Source: Tubulanus polymorphus
Taxonomy: Eukaryota; Animalia; Nemertea
Direction of reading: 5' to 3'
NCBI RefSeq assembly: GCF_964204645.1
Contig: NC_134026.1
Coordinates: 26,074,150-26,138,149 of the forward strand
DNA: 64,000 bases
Shown here: in pieces, positions 1 to 13,800 of the stretch
Position numbering within the stretch: position 1 is the first letter of the stretch
Layout of the letters: every line of letters starts with the position of its first letter
The notes under the pieces: generated by a model
The model's input: the letters and a program-made list of their open reading frames with translations, nothing else
Told to the model about the DNA's origin: nothing
Databases searched by the model: none
Position numbers and translations under genes: made by a program

Positions 1-251
1 AAAAATATTGGCCTCTTCGACGTGGTTATCTAATAAATAGTAATACCAATTTGTGATGTTATTGATAGAATTCTTTTGGAACATATCTGGATGGATATTG
101 TGGTGTTATATGATTGCGTGAGAATCACTTTTAGAAGGTTTGCCTGCTATGTGTCTAGGCAGGTTTTCATACAAGGGTTATGAGTGAACATATCGCCATT
201 TAGTTGTGACAGCCATATGAACTATGAACATATATTTTGTTTTTTTAGAGA

Positions 252-3200
252 ATGAAGCTTCTTAATTTCATCACTGCTGCTGTCATTTTATTGGCATATT
301 GGCCTGCAGTTGAAGGATTTTATATACCTGGGGTTGCCTCCGTAGAATTCCATAAAGGCGATGTTGTAGATGTTAAGGTAAAATGCATCTAAGAAATTAG
401 TTTGAAAATATGTGCAAGTAAAGGTTTTGATAAATTTACCCCGGTATTTGTTTCCAGGCAGTAAAGATGACAAGCACTCACACGCAGTTACCATATGAGT
501 ATTATTCATTACCATTCTGTAAGCCAGAAGGAGAAATTGTCTATAAGGCAGAAAACTTGGGTAAGTCTTCAATTCACTGACCCTTGAGGTCAGGTTCCTA
601 TTCTACGTCTGTGAATTCTCAAAAAGTTGATTATGTCTATGTATGGATGTTTGATTATCTAGGTGAGGTACTACGAGGGGATAGGATTGTGAACACCCCG
701 TATAAAGTAAGTACCAGTATCCATTCATTGAAACTACTTTCCTACACTACTCGCCAATTGAAAATCTTTCAAATATTGAATTATTTACCCCGTAGGTTCT
801 CATGGATGAAAATATGCCTTGCGAATTGCTCTGTAAAAAAGAACCAGGAAATGTTGTTGTTGTCAAAGAAAAAGAGGCCGCCACAATCATTGAACGAATA
901 TCAAATGATTATTATGTACATCTGTAAGTTTATTCATATTCATTTTTGTCAATAGTTTTCCTTAAAAGACTGAAGACTCATTTAGTTGATTATTTCTTTT
1001 CAGATTGATTGATAACTTGCCGTGTGCTACCAGATTCCAGTTGATGGACACGAAAGAAATTCAATATGAACACGGATACAAACTTGGGTATATTGGAAAG
1101 GACAAAAGAGCATACATCAACAATCATCTGAAAATACTTCTCAAATATCACTCGGAGGATTTGTAAGTTCTTTCTAATTGAACTGTGACTTCCCGAAATT
1201 CATATTGCATCATAATTGACGATTGTTGTGGTAAAGATTTACCTAAATCTAATTTCCTAATAATGTAAATATTACTCTTTGTTTAACAGGAATACATACC
1301 GAGTTGTTGGCTTTGAAGTAGAACCAATGAGGTATTTTTTAAATGCTGGAAACAAGTTAGGTTGTACTCTGTAATTATCTGATACCACTCCTTTGCTTTT
1401 GTAATTTTTCAGTATTGAAACTGGTCAATTGAAACTTGAACAAAATAAATGTAAAGCTGATGCTATAAAGAAAATCGTTCCACCTCAAGTAATCGACCCT
1501 AAAGGTAATTTCATCTAGATATGCTAGTTGTAAAATTTTGGTAATCTTGGTGTGTCGAAATCTACCTGTCCTCAGTATTGTCATTGCATCAAAAAAATTT
1601 GTTTTATAGGAGAAACGAAGGTCATGTTCACCTATGAAGTGGTTTGGACCCCGAGCAAGATTCAGTGGGCCTCGAGATGGGACACATACCTCACAATGAG
1701 TGATGTTCAAATTCATTGGTTCTCTATCATCAACTCTGTCGTTGTTGTCTTCTTTTTGGCAGGTATATATTTAAACTTATAACAGTGCAAACAGTGAAAT
1801 GATACTCCGTATAAAAACAGTCATGAGGAAATATATTGAATATTTCTAGGTATTCTGACAATGATTATTGTGCGTACACTTCGCCGTGACATCGCAAAAT
1901 ACAACAAAGATGAAGACCTCGTAAGTTTAGACTGCGGCTCCGTATCTATTCATGCATATGTTTTCTGTAATGTGTTTTGAATGATCTAAAGCATGTTTCA
2001 TCTCTAATGCAGGAGGATACATTAGAAGAAAGTGGTTGGAAGCTCGTACACGGCGATGTATTTCGTCCACCACGACGCAAGAAATTATTAGTCGCGCTTA
2101 TCGGTGCTGGAATTCAGATATTCTTAATGACTTCAATTTGTATCGGTAAGTTTGATCTTCGACTAGTCTGTCGAATCATGATTTGAGCAGTTAATTTTCT
2201 CAACAATCTTACTATATATTTCAGTATTTGCTATGTTGGGTATGTTATCACCGGCATCAAGAGGCGCTTTGATGACGGCTGCGCTTTTCCTCTATGTTTT
2301 TATGGGGTATGTAATCTATGAGTGATCTTAATCAATTTCATGAAAAATGTTGATTGAATATGATCGTTTAAATTCTTTCAGAGCCATTGCTGGATTCTTT
2401 TCTGGTCGTCTTTACAAAACAATAAAAGGATTAGAATGGAAAAGTGCAGCTTTTTGGGTAAATTTTATATCCAGACATTTCTGTTGATGAAATAGAAACT
2501 ATCGCATTGATGACAGTTTTAGTATGTTCTTACAATTTTTAGACTGCAACTTTGTTTCCTGCGATTGTAGTCGGTGTTTGTCTGTTCCTGAACATCTTTA
2601 TTTGGGGAAAACATTCATCAGGAGCTGTAAGCAAATATTCACCTTTTAATCATAATTCATAATTATATTGTAAGTTGAAAACACCCTGTGTTAATTTACA
2701 TCTGTTTTCAGGTTCCATTTGGTACGATGGTTGCTCTATTTGCAATGTGGTTTGGAATTTCGATGCCACTGATCTTCATTGGGTATTTCTTTGGATACCG
2801 TAAAGCTCCATATCAGCATCCAGTCAGGACTAATCAAATTCCTCGACAAGTTCCTGAACAAATGTGGTATATGAACCCGTTCTTAGGGTAGGTTTTGTTA
2901 TTACTACGGTGGAACCTCGTTAAAACGAACTCGGATACAACGATTCATCGGATATAGCAAATATAGAATTTCATCCCAAGCAAGAAAATTTAATTAATTT
3001 CATACTGGATATAATGAACTAACCGTTATAGCGAACAGATTTTCTAGTCCCGTGAAGTTTGTTGTAACGAGGTTCCACTGTTGTCGATTATATTATCTTC
3101 CATCAAACTTTTTATCTATATCATCTTTGATGCTTTACAAATTTCAGAACCCTGCTTGCTGGGATACTCCCATTTGGAGCTATGTTTATTGAACTCTTCT

Positions 3201-3813
3201 TTGTTTTCACTGTAAGTATAAACTGCCATTACAAAATACCTGTTTGAAGATTTTCTACTCTGACATCTAAAATTATTTCATTTATGTTTCAGGCAATCTG
3301 GGAGAATCAGTTCTATTATTTGTTTGGATTCCTGTTCTTAGTATTTATCATTCTCATCATTTCCTGCTCACAAATTGCTATTGTGATGGTTTACTTTCAA
3401 CTCTGTGGAGAGGTAAGTCTTTGTCCAGTTTTCTCATTTATGATTGAATAATGTTAAGGTTTCTGAACCCTAATGATATTTTTTTTCAGGACTACCATTG
3501 GTGGTGGAGATCATTTATAGTATCTGGTGGATCGGCAGTTTATGTATTTGCCTATTCCATATTTTACTTCATAACTAAGGTTTGTAAAAAGACCTGCAAA
3601 TATAGCAATATTCAAATGATAAATGATCAATAGATAAAGTTATTGCCATGGTTGTTTTTTCAGTTGGAAATCACCCAATTCATTCCGACGTTGCTATATT
3701 TTGGTTACACATTTCTGATGGTTTTGGCTTTTTGGCTGCTGACTGGAACAATTGGATTTTATGCGACGTACTTCTTCATCAGAAAAATATATGCTGCCAT
3801 CAAAATTGATTAA
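252..3813 (+). CDS. TM9SF4: Transmembrane 9 superfamily member 4 (nonaspanin), multi-exon
   Basis: Spliced translation: signal peptide [96 protein letters not shown]; ends IYAAIKID* at 3813. Confidence 0.95.
2907..3080. mobile_element. Tc1/mariner-type MITE in TM9SF4 intron
   Basis: TIRs cggtggaacctcgtta / taacgaggttccactg; TA on the left flank. Confidence 0.75.
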
Positions 3814-5038
3814 CGTTGTTGCGGCATAGTTTGAGAACGTAGAACCGTGGGAATGCTCAAGTCAACCATCCATTGCTTTATAACAAGGACAAAATATGTT
3901 TTCTGTTGACTATTGTGTCTATTAGACCGAAGTGTTTTCACTATATGTACATGGTAGTCAAGTATCTATTTATTTTTGGTAGAATGTAAGATTATCTATT
4001 ATTATATGAAATAGTTTCGGTTTATTTGGTGCCAGCTTTGGTCCTTCAATGAAAACTGTAAACTACCAGTGTTTGTGATGCGAGAAACATATAGCTGAAT
4101 CTCACCCTGTTTTGAGATGAGCATTGAAGCTTGTTGAATTATTTTCTTGTAGCTACCATACATATCCTATAGATTAAATACAATTAGAATGAATTCCTTG
4201 AAACCAGTAATCATATAATCTGGAATGAGATTTGGAATATTTTCTACTAACTAAAATTAGTCTCTTAAAGAGTTTGAAGGATATCATTTGTTATAATGGA
4301 AAAAAATCATTTGTTCTGAAATTGGTTTATGGATACTGTTTTGGGCATACAGAAATTTATTTGCCATTGGCTTATGACGGAATAAAATATAAGTCATGAT
4401 TATATAGTTAGTCTGACAACAAAGGAGTGATTTATTTTGCGTGCCCTTATCTTGTGCTGTAAATATAATAGTACTATAGTAGCAATTTATTAGGAATTTC
4501 AAATTCAATGAATCCATGTAATAAGATCTTCATTCACGTATGCCTGTAAATTTTCCGCTGTAAATATTATATCTAGGGGCAGAATTCCATGTGTGGCTGT
4601 ATCTATTATGGGGTCATATGTTTCTGATGGAAAAATGAACAAATCTTTCTTCTGTTAAAATATAGATATTATATTGATGTATAGTTATTTTATTAGTGGC
4701 TTTATATTGATAATTGAATTCTCTGATTAATTGAATGTTGCGGTAACTCAAATAGCTGTAAATTGTTATTTCAAAGTACTAGATTATGTCTAATGGCGTG
4801 GACAATAAATGTTTCCATCTGAGTCTTCGGCACCACCCTCCTGAGGAAAAGGCTCAACCTTACTTAATATCGAATTTAAAGAGGGTTGAGTTTGAGGTTT
4901 TTCTGTAATCATTGTTTGAGTGTATAACGTTTCATATTGTCTAAAAAATGACAAATAGATATAATAAGCTCAATCTTTAGTCTTCAGTCTCTGCCTTCGG
5001 TACCGGCGTGTTTATTCTTTGTTCGCCACCAGCTCGTG

Positions 5039-5070
5039 GCGCCCCCTGATGGAGAAAGGTCCGCCATTTT
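5039..5070 (-). promoter_or_regulatory. CTCF-like site and YY1-like site upstream of SNRPD3
   Basis: Minus strand CCATCAGGGGGCGC (5039-5052) fits the CTCF core; CCGCCATTTT (5061-5070) fits YY1. Confidence 0.5.
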
Positions 5071-5189
5071 GTATGCCGGTACGAAGAAAGGATCTCGACA
5101 TTTTAGAGGAAATTTAATCTTCAAACATCCCTGTAAGATCGACAATCTTACGTTTAAGTACACGACCAAACGGTAGAAAATAATCCATT

Positions 5190-6186
5190 ATGTCGATTGG
5201 TGTGCCGATTAAGGTGCTGCATGAAGCAGAAGGGCACATAATAACGTGTGAAACGGCGCTAGGCGAAGTATACAGAGGTAAACTAATAGAAGCCGAAGAT
5301 AATATGAACTGTCAAATGCAAAACATCACAGTGACGTACAGAGATGGCCGAGTCGCTCAGCTCGAGAATGTGTATATTCGTGGCAGCAAAATCCGTTTCT
5401 TGATCCTCCCTGACATGCTAAAAAATGCGCCGATGTTCAAGAGAGTTCAAAGTAAAGGTGGCGGTTCAGGAGGCGCAGGTAGAGGAAAATCTGCAATCTT
5501 ACGAGCTCAAGGTAAGTCCCAGTCATTGAAAATTAGTCCATAAAACTAAAAATACTTATATTAAATCATTGAATACTAGGGTCTGAATAAGGAAGGTTTC
5601 AGCCCCGATAACTAAACTGCATTCGTCAATAACCATGCGATGCATTATGCCTACTCACCAATGGGGTACTGGCATTCTCCAGCAAGGGTGCAACAATACA
5701 TGGGTCATTAGTAGTAAAAATCAGTTCATTTACAATGAAATTTGAACTTAATTTCCAGGGGCCAGTTGCTCGAATGTTAACCAGTGGATAGTTGATGTAG
5801 CGACAATTAGTTCATTGTTATCATGGACATGGTTTTTGTCTGCCGCTTGGCTTGAACCAATGTTTCAGCGACTGACTCCGAGCTTCCAAATGCAAAAATA
5901 GATTGACTCAAATCTGATTGAAATGTAGAAGAAATTGAAGAGCTCTAACCTAGTGCCTTTAGCGAACCTGGTGGAACCCTTGCTTGCCACAGTACCTTTG
6001 CCGGTACCCCATTAGTCTGAATATAGTTCATTACAGTATTTTTAACCGTACATACATTGCAATTGTTTGATTTCAGCTGCCCGCGGTCGAGGTAGAGGTC
6101 GAGGAGGTGATAGAGGAGGTCATCACGGAGGTGGTGGTGGCGGAGGTGGAGGTGGAAGTGGAAATGTGTTTGGGCGGCGACGTTAA
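5190..6186 (+). CDS. SNRPD3: Small nuclear ribonucleoprotein Sm D3 (exons 5190-5511, 6077-6186)
   Basis: [22 protein letters not shown]...[19 protein letters not shown]; exon 2 encodes the RG-rich tail, stop TAA at 6186. Confidence 0.97.
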
Positions 6187-6875
6187 ACAGCTGTGGGGTT
6201 TTCATAGAAAATATCCTGCATGACTGTACATGCGAATTCCAGCAACTTATTTTTGAATATCTGAACAAACTTTCAGTCAATAGAATATCATGATAAAAAT
6301 TGATGAACATTCAACTTGTGAATATATGATACTGCATTTTGTACATTTTATGTGAACTTGTAAAATAAATATAAAATTTGTATAGAGAAGTAGTTTATAT
6401 TTCATTGAATTTTCAGGCTTCTCTGTTCTATTTAAATGGAAGTGAGGAAATCTGTTTTGTATACTGCTCTGATATTTGGTGGTATTAAGCCATGGTAGCT
6501 ACTGTCCACGAAAACCCAAGGAATTAGAAAGATTGGAATTTCACAGATTTTGCCTGGAAGTGTTCACGTATCGAATTCTTGCAATCCAATGGAAGACTGT
6601 TAAAACCTATTGAATTACTACGTTGCCTCGGTCACACTTCACTCATTAAAACAGTCCTAATTAATCAAGAAACCAAGCCGATCTTCACCAAGAAACTTGG
6701 TGTCTGTTGTACCACGTAGGATCGTAGAGTGATGGAGATTTCTGTGGAGACAACCACCACTGAGGATAGTACTTAGTGATCAATTTCATAATTAAGTTGT
6801 TCTTTAATAGACTAGGATCACCTCCGTTTCGGAAAACGACATACATTTAGTCCAGGTCAACGAATGGGTCTTCGG

Positions 6876-7370
6876 GCGTCAATTAGACCCCCAAGGAGCC
6901 CTTGCACCGGGCAACAACTATACTGGACTCTAGCTCTTGTTTAGGTCTATCTTCTCTGAAAGTTTCCGAGACTTTGACCGTTTTGTATTTTAGTTATTTA
7001 TTTCTAAACATTATTTTTGATATTGTGGGTTTTTGGGGGTCAATCAAACCCCCGAGGAGCCCTTGCACCGGGTAACAACTATATACTGGACTGTAGCCCT
7101 TGAAAAGTTCTATCTTTTCTGAAAGTTTCAGAGACTTTGACCGTTTTGTATTTTACTTATCTATTTCTAAACATTATTTTTGATATTGTGGGTTTTTGGG
7201 GGTCAATTAGACCACCAAGGAGCCCTTGCACCGGGCAACAACTATACTGGACTCTAGCTCTTGTTTAGGTCTATCTTCTCTGAAAGTTTCAGAGACTTTG
7301 ATCGTTTTGTATTTTACTTATTAATTTCTAAACATCATTTTGATATTTTGGGGTCTTTGGGGGTCATTTT
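6876..7370. repeat. Tandem repeat, ~161-163-bp unit, ~3 copies
   Basis: ggagcccttgcaccggg...tgaaagttt...gagactttgaccgttttgtatttt recurs at ~6895, ~7056 and ~7219. Confidence 0.9.
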
Positions 7371-7372
7371 AG

Positions 7373-9413
7373 GTCTGTCTGCAGAGTTTCCAGAACATGT
7401 CATGTCAGGGCCCAAGACCTGACATGACAGGTGGGACCTGAGGTGACAGGTCGATTCGCTAAAATGAAAATCGTTATGACTGAACCGATGATAGGCGATT
7501 AGAAGATATGATAGGCGCGGATTTAGAACAAATGATAGCCGATAAGAACACAAAGAACTTATCGTAGTGCTTTCTAAATATATTATTCAAAAACAAAAAA
7601 CAAACTATGATGTGTTATGAATTCATTTAAGAATTTATGTTTGTCCGTTTATAAAAAGTTGTTGAACTATATCGACTTAATGATAAAGATGGAATGATTG
7701 TGAATTATTGGAGAACAATTGAACGAATTGTTTACAATTAATTTATTTTTTTGTAACACGAAACATAAAAATATCAAGATCAGGCAATGATACCAGTAGT
7801 GCCTTATGTAATCATAATCAGTATTAATAACAATCATTATACTCATTAAGATTAGGCCCTATATTATTATATATTATTATTAATTACTCGCAAAATAATC
7901 AATTAACCAAGTGTACATACAATTTAAAAACATTTCAGTCCAAGCTTATAAGTTGACATAGATAAATTAGACATAACACTGATTAATTAGTGAGGCCTCA
8001 CACGGCAACGCACGCCATTTTGCAGAGCTTCGGGACCTGAGGTGACAGGTCTGCATTAAAACTGATGAAATGAGGCAAAACTTTAATTTCTATGGTCTCT
8101 TTATAGTAAAGAGTATAATATAAATTGCTAACCATGGATAGAATTAATCTTAAGTTGCTATAAAACAATAATTTTGAAGCGAGACCTCACACGGCAGCTC
8201 GCGCCATTTTGCAGAGCTTCTCGGGACCTGAGGGGACAGGTCTGCACTGAAACCGATAAAATGGAAAAAACTTTACTTTTTATGGTATCTTTATAGTAAT
8301 GAATATAATATAAATTGCTAACCATAGATAGATTAAATCTTAAGTTACTATAAAACAATAATTATGAAGCGAGACCTCACACGGCAGCTCGCGCCATTTT
8401 GCAGAGCTTCTCGGGACCTGAGGTGACAGGTCTGCACTAAAACTGATGAAATGGAAAAAACTTTACTTTTTATAACCTTTATATAGTAATAGGTATAATA
8501 TAAATTGCTAACCATAGATAGAGTTAATCTAAAGTTACTATAAAACAATAATTTTGAAGCGAGACCTCACACGGCAGCTCGCGCCATTTTGCAGAGCTTC
8601 TCGGGACCTGAGGAGACAGGTCTGCACTAAAACTGATGAAATGGAAAAAACTTCACTTTTTATGGTATCTTTATAGTAATGAATATACTATAGATTGCTA
8701 ACCATGGATATAGTTAATCTTAAGTTACTATAAAACAATAATTATGAAGTAAGACCTCACACGGCAGCTCGCGCCATTTTGCAGAGCTTCTCGGGACCTG
8801 AGGTGACAGGTCTGCATTAAAACTGGTATAAATAGAAAAAAAACTTCATGCCTTAAATTGATGAGTTTATTTAAAATCAGTCTCAATAAAATCAGTCTCT
8901 ATATTGCATTCGGCTCTTTAACATGTTCATCATAAAGACAATGAATATAAATAGTGACACTTCAGGACTTCAGGACAGTGAGGAGTGTTGCCGAACTGTG
9001 ATAGTGAGCAGATAATTTTCAGTGTCTTATTGCGGAAACGAAATATCAAGACCTCGATTCATCTAGCGAAAATATTCTCTTATAATGTGCTCTTACTTCT
9101 ACATTAATCAATTCATCTATGCCTGAAACTTATTTTTTTCCCTTTATTACAGAAATAAGTCATAGTTTACACATAAATATTTTCTTCTTATAAATCAACC
9201 TTTCAAATGAATTATTTGTCAGAACAATTTCCTTATCGTAATTGTTGAATCATTTTCGATATTAACGACGGGTCAGAATATTCATTCAACTCAAAATGTT
9301 CTTCCAATCGTCTAGCACATGCCTAGATATTTCGCCGTTTCGTCAAATATTGTCATGAGTTTGGGTTTTTTCGGAACCTGACATGACAGGTTCTGGAAAC
9401 TCTGCAGACAGAC
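7373..9413. mobile_element. Non-autonomous TIR element (~2.04 kb) containing a 190-bp satellite
   Basis: 37-bp TIRs with 1 mismatch: gtctgtctgcagagtttccagaacatgtcatgtcagg (7373-7409) / cctgacatgacaggttctggaaactctgcagacagac (9377-9413). No TSD or transposase evident. Confidence 0.85.
7990..8845. repeat. 190-bp tandem repeat, ~4.5 copies
   Basis: gacctcacacggcagctcgcgccattttgcagagcttctcgggacctgagg recurs every ~190 bp; explains the near-duplicate ORFs 8158-8358 and 8348-8548. Confidence 0.93.
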
Positions 9414-9425
9414 ATCAATCGAAAA

Positions 9426-10366
9426 ATGGCCGACAAATTTGAAGCTTTAGAGCAACATCTGGAGATGTTTATTGAAAATACGAGACAAATGGGCATAATT
9501 GTCAGCGATTTTCAACCTCAGGGACAGAATGTTCTTAATTCTAAAATGTAAGTTATATTTCCCTTTTATTGACGAATTTGATCATTCATAAACGGTTAAA
9601 CGTTGCTCGTGATGATCATTTCCGGGTTTTGGTTTTGGATTGACGATTTGGCCATGAATGATGGCATTGTTCATTATTTTCGCAGAAATTCGATGATATC
9701 AGGATTGCAAGAGATTGATAAGCAAAAACCAAAGGTTCAAGATGTTCAAGTTCCTTTAGAAGTGTTTGAGTAAGAATTTTCAATCAAATACCATATTTTA
9801 AACACACTCACGTCACACAGGGGCTCGTAGGCTATTTGAAGTTTGGGAGTGAACTGTATGTAGCTTAGATCATCCAGTATCCCTGGTACTACATATATAT
9901 AAAAAGAATATATCTTTTTATATATATAGTACCAGGGATTCTGGACGATCTAAGCTACAGTTCACCCCCAAACTTCAAATACGAGCCCGTGATTTTAAAT
10001 GCCAAAATTGCCATCAAGATCATATAGATAAGTAGTGTAGGTATGCTATGGATATGATATGGTTATAATTTTGTCTAACTTTTAGTTATATTGACCAAGG
10101 AAAGAATCCACAGCTATATACCAAAGATTGCATGGAAAAAGCTTTAGCGAAAAATGAAACAGTCAAAGGGAAAATTGATACTTACAAGGTAAAATGTTAA
10201 TCAATGTAAATGAAGATCTCGAGAAAAAAGAATGATTTTGTAATAATTGTTTAAATTGTATTTTTTGCAGAAATTTAAAGGTCTACTCATGGTAGAATTA
10301 AACAAGGCCTTTCCTAATGAAGTGAATAAATACAGGGCCATCAGACGCGATGACCGTCCTTCATGA
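9426..10366 (+). CDS. MED10: Mediator complex subunit 10 (4 exons; not in ORF track)
   Basis: MADKFEALEQHLEMFIENTRQMGIIVSDFQPQGQNVLN...DVQVPLEVF|YIDQGKNPQLYTKDCMEKALAKNETVKGKIDTYK|KFKGLLMVELNKAFPNEVNKYRAIRRDDRPS*. Confidence 0.95.
9816..9991. mobile_element. Palindromic MITE in MED10 intron 2
   Basis: Near-complete self-complementarity: gggctcgta..tatttgaagtttggg..ccctggtacta / tagtaccaggg..cccaaacttcaaatacgagccc; CAC...GTG ends. Confidence 0.8.
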
Positions 10367-10859
10367 CTGGATATTACTACAGATGAGGCGTCATGATCCT
10401 CCTATATTTTACACTTCGTTTCCGCAGCCAGAGTTGGCTGATGAATTCTGGAAATTTAACATGTCTTGAAGTTTCTCCAATAAATCTGATGCAATCCATC
10501 TGAAGAAACTGTCAAGTCTTTGTACTCAAAAATATATGTTGTCACAATTTGGAGAGTATTGTCCACATTTGTATTTTGTACCAATATGAACTATGGACTG
10601 TAAATGAATATTTGTAAATATTGTAAAAATAAAAATAATATGTTATTGTATTGCTACATTGTAGTTTTTTAGTACAGTAGTAGTTAGAGGACAATCCATA
10701 TTTTTACAGCTGCATGACTGACACACAGTATACAATATTGCGCTGTATTCCGCATTATCTCTCTCTTCCGGTATATAACATGTAATATAGGTCCATCAAT
10801 GAAATCCATCGGAAAACAACACACTATAACAAGATTAATTCCAATATTGTGAAAATTCT

Positions 10860-13800
10860 TTATTGCTTTCGATCTTTTCTATCATAATTACGATTTTTAA
10901 CATTAGCATACGAGTAGAAATGATGTCCAATCTTTTTCTGTCTCTCTTCTCGTTCAATTCTTCGTTTCTGAAAATATTAGATCAACAAAATGATAAATAT
11001 CCATCATCGCTAGAAAAACCAATATCAAATTGAGTCTAACCTGTTTTGATGTAAGTTTCGGTTGTGGGGGTTCATCTTCCATTTCTTGTCCGTGTCTTTT
11101 ATTTGCCTTCTTTTTACTTTGTTTCACTTCTTGTTCTTTGGATGAGGAATCTTAAATGAACACAGATTCTGATGTTTATATACTTTATCCACTAATACAT
11201 ACATAAATTATAGGAAAGCCACAGATAATACTCACTTGACTCAGTTACTGTAAAAGCACCACTGGCAGTCTTCATTTTCTTGCATGTTTTGGAATCGGTT
11301 ATCGGATGATTAAGTTTAGGTTTTGAAGATTTCTGTGAAATGTGACTTGGCACTTGCAATTTTTTTAGACTTTCACAACTCGTAGTTTCATGACTATTTA
11401 TAGCCTCCCCACTATAACTATGCTGCTGATCGGTTACTAACTGTACTTCTCTATTAGATCCATTGGATACATCAAAGTCTTTTTCTTTATTCACAGCCTC
11501 AGATTCACTCATAAATGCGACCTCATCATCTTCATCCTGAGTTATATCAATTACTTTGGATTCATTAATCTTAGATGATTCCCCAGCAATTTCATCATCA
11601 TCATCATCATCTTCCTCATCTGTTTGCTCAACATTCTCATCAACCTCACCAACTGGCTCTAAATCTCGGATATCTTCACCACTATATTCAACATCAACTT
11701 TGATCTTTGCAAAATCCTGTATTACATGTGGCTGAGCAACAGTTCCCTAAAACAGAAATTTGAAATGTTCTGGAATGATCAAGCTATGAAAGTTCCAAAT
11801 TATTGTGTAGTTGACTAATAGAGAATCTGAATACCTCTTGAACGGTTTCAGGTGTATTTGTTGATGTCTCCTTAACTGCTTCACCAGTTTTTTGAGGTTT
11901 ATAGCCCTGAGTTAAGACATAAGCAAAGTCAGTTTATTGATCCAAGTTAACTTACATGTACATGCATGCACTTATATTGAGAGTACCACTGTCATAATCA
12001 CCTCAGAATCAGGAGGTCTCACATAGTAAGGAATCTTTCCTCTTTGCCAATCATTCAACACCATCTTAGCCATTGTCTTTATATCAGGTTCCCCACCCTT
12101 GAAATACATTTAATCTTACATTTACAACACAGTTAAATTATATTATCAAGCAAACAAACGAAACCAGAATTTACTGACCTTCAATAACCTTCCTGACTTT
12201 CGACAGAGCTGTTCTAAGAAATCCTCATGATCGGTCCAAGATTCAATTTTGTATGTTTTAAGAATGTATTCTCTACGAACTCGCCGTAACACTTCCGGTA
12301 TATAATCATCAGGACATTTTACATTTTCGACTCGAACCTTAAATACATAATGATAACGTTTGTTCACTTCTCTTTTGCCAGAATTATTCATGATCCTCAT
12401 TATTCTTATCAATCAAGATACATACCACGCCCTTGAGAATGATTTCTGATTCAGTTTCACCAGTTGGATACACAACTCCAGGGCAATCGATCAAAAAAAT
12501 TCTTCTCATAAGTGTTACATATTGCCACACCTTAGTTTCACCTGCTATGGGCGCCACCTTACAGACCTTTTTCGAGCGAAGCGCATTGATGATTGAGCTT
12601 TTTCCGACATTAGGATAACCAATAAAGCCGATGCTAATCTGTTTTTTATCTTGATGAAGCTATAAATAAATTAATCAGAAATTTGATTAACACTTCACAG
12701 ATAACATTAAAGTTCAGATCGAATTTAAGAAATTCAGATAGGCCTACTTGATTACCTTTCCAAATTGTCGCAGCAGTTGAATCATAGCTCCTTTGCCAAA
12801 GGGATTGGTCAAACTAGCGTGAAATGCCAATGTAGGGTATTCTGAGGAAAGTAATGCAACCCATTTTTGCGTTACCCACGTTGGGACCAGGTCACACTTA
12901 TTCAATACAAATACTAGATGTTTATGAGACTTTTCTTTTTTAATGTATTGTTCAACTTGTTTGCATCTTGTTCCCATTGGATCTCTGGAATCTAGCACTT
13001 GTATGACAACATCTGCCGAGTCTATAACCTGTGATTTATTGAGATAAAGAAGATTCCCACGTTAACGAACATATTATTGAAATGGTTATGATAGTTGCCA
13101 TTCTTAGCTTTTCCAAATTTCTCACTTTGTATAATTCATTCCAAATTCTTTTCGACTGACCAGCTCTAAAAACCATTTCTCTTGGTTCATCTTTGACACC
13201 TAGATTGTCGACAAATATATCTCGATCCTTCTCAACATCATAATTATCCTGGGCTGCTTCAGCATTAGCGAGTAGTGTCTAATGAAAGCCGACACATTTA
13301 TTTACAATGAAAAAATAATACCTCAGTATTAAAAACTGTTGGATATGAATTACAAATCAAATACCATGATCACGACATACCTCCATATCAGAATTCTTAA
13401 GCTTTGGTTTTTTCCGGTGTGACTTGGGTCCAAAAGTGTTTTCAAATGATTCGGTTTCAAGAATGTGCATCCTTGAAAACTGATTTATAAAAAACCATAC
13501 ACGTAATAGACAAACTTATAGTAAAATAATAGTACGTCAATTAAAATTAAGTTTCTATTGAAAATGAAATATGGCTTAGTCCCTGATACCTTTGCTTTTT
13601 GGTCCAGAAGGGATATAGGTAATTTGGTTTGCCTCATGACTACTTTATATGGATCTTTCATCACTTTACCCATCTCCTCTTGAAATGTCTGTAATGCAGC
13701 TTGGCCAATGACACGTGTATTTCCTGAGAAAAAATATTCAGCCTATTTGTAATTAATGGGACAAGAAAAAGTAGACACCGTACAATATTTCCAACTCACC

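Noticed and set aside
6814-6826. GGATCACCTCC, resembling the 16S rRNA 3' anti-Shine-Dalgarno end
   Set aside because: No other rRNA sequence nearby; chance 11-mer.
8440-8475. CTGATGA..GAAA in the 190-bp repeat suggesting a hammerhead ribozyme
   Set aside because: Stems I and III cannot be formed convincingly, and the core is not conserved across copies (ccgataa, ctggtat).
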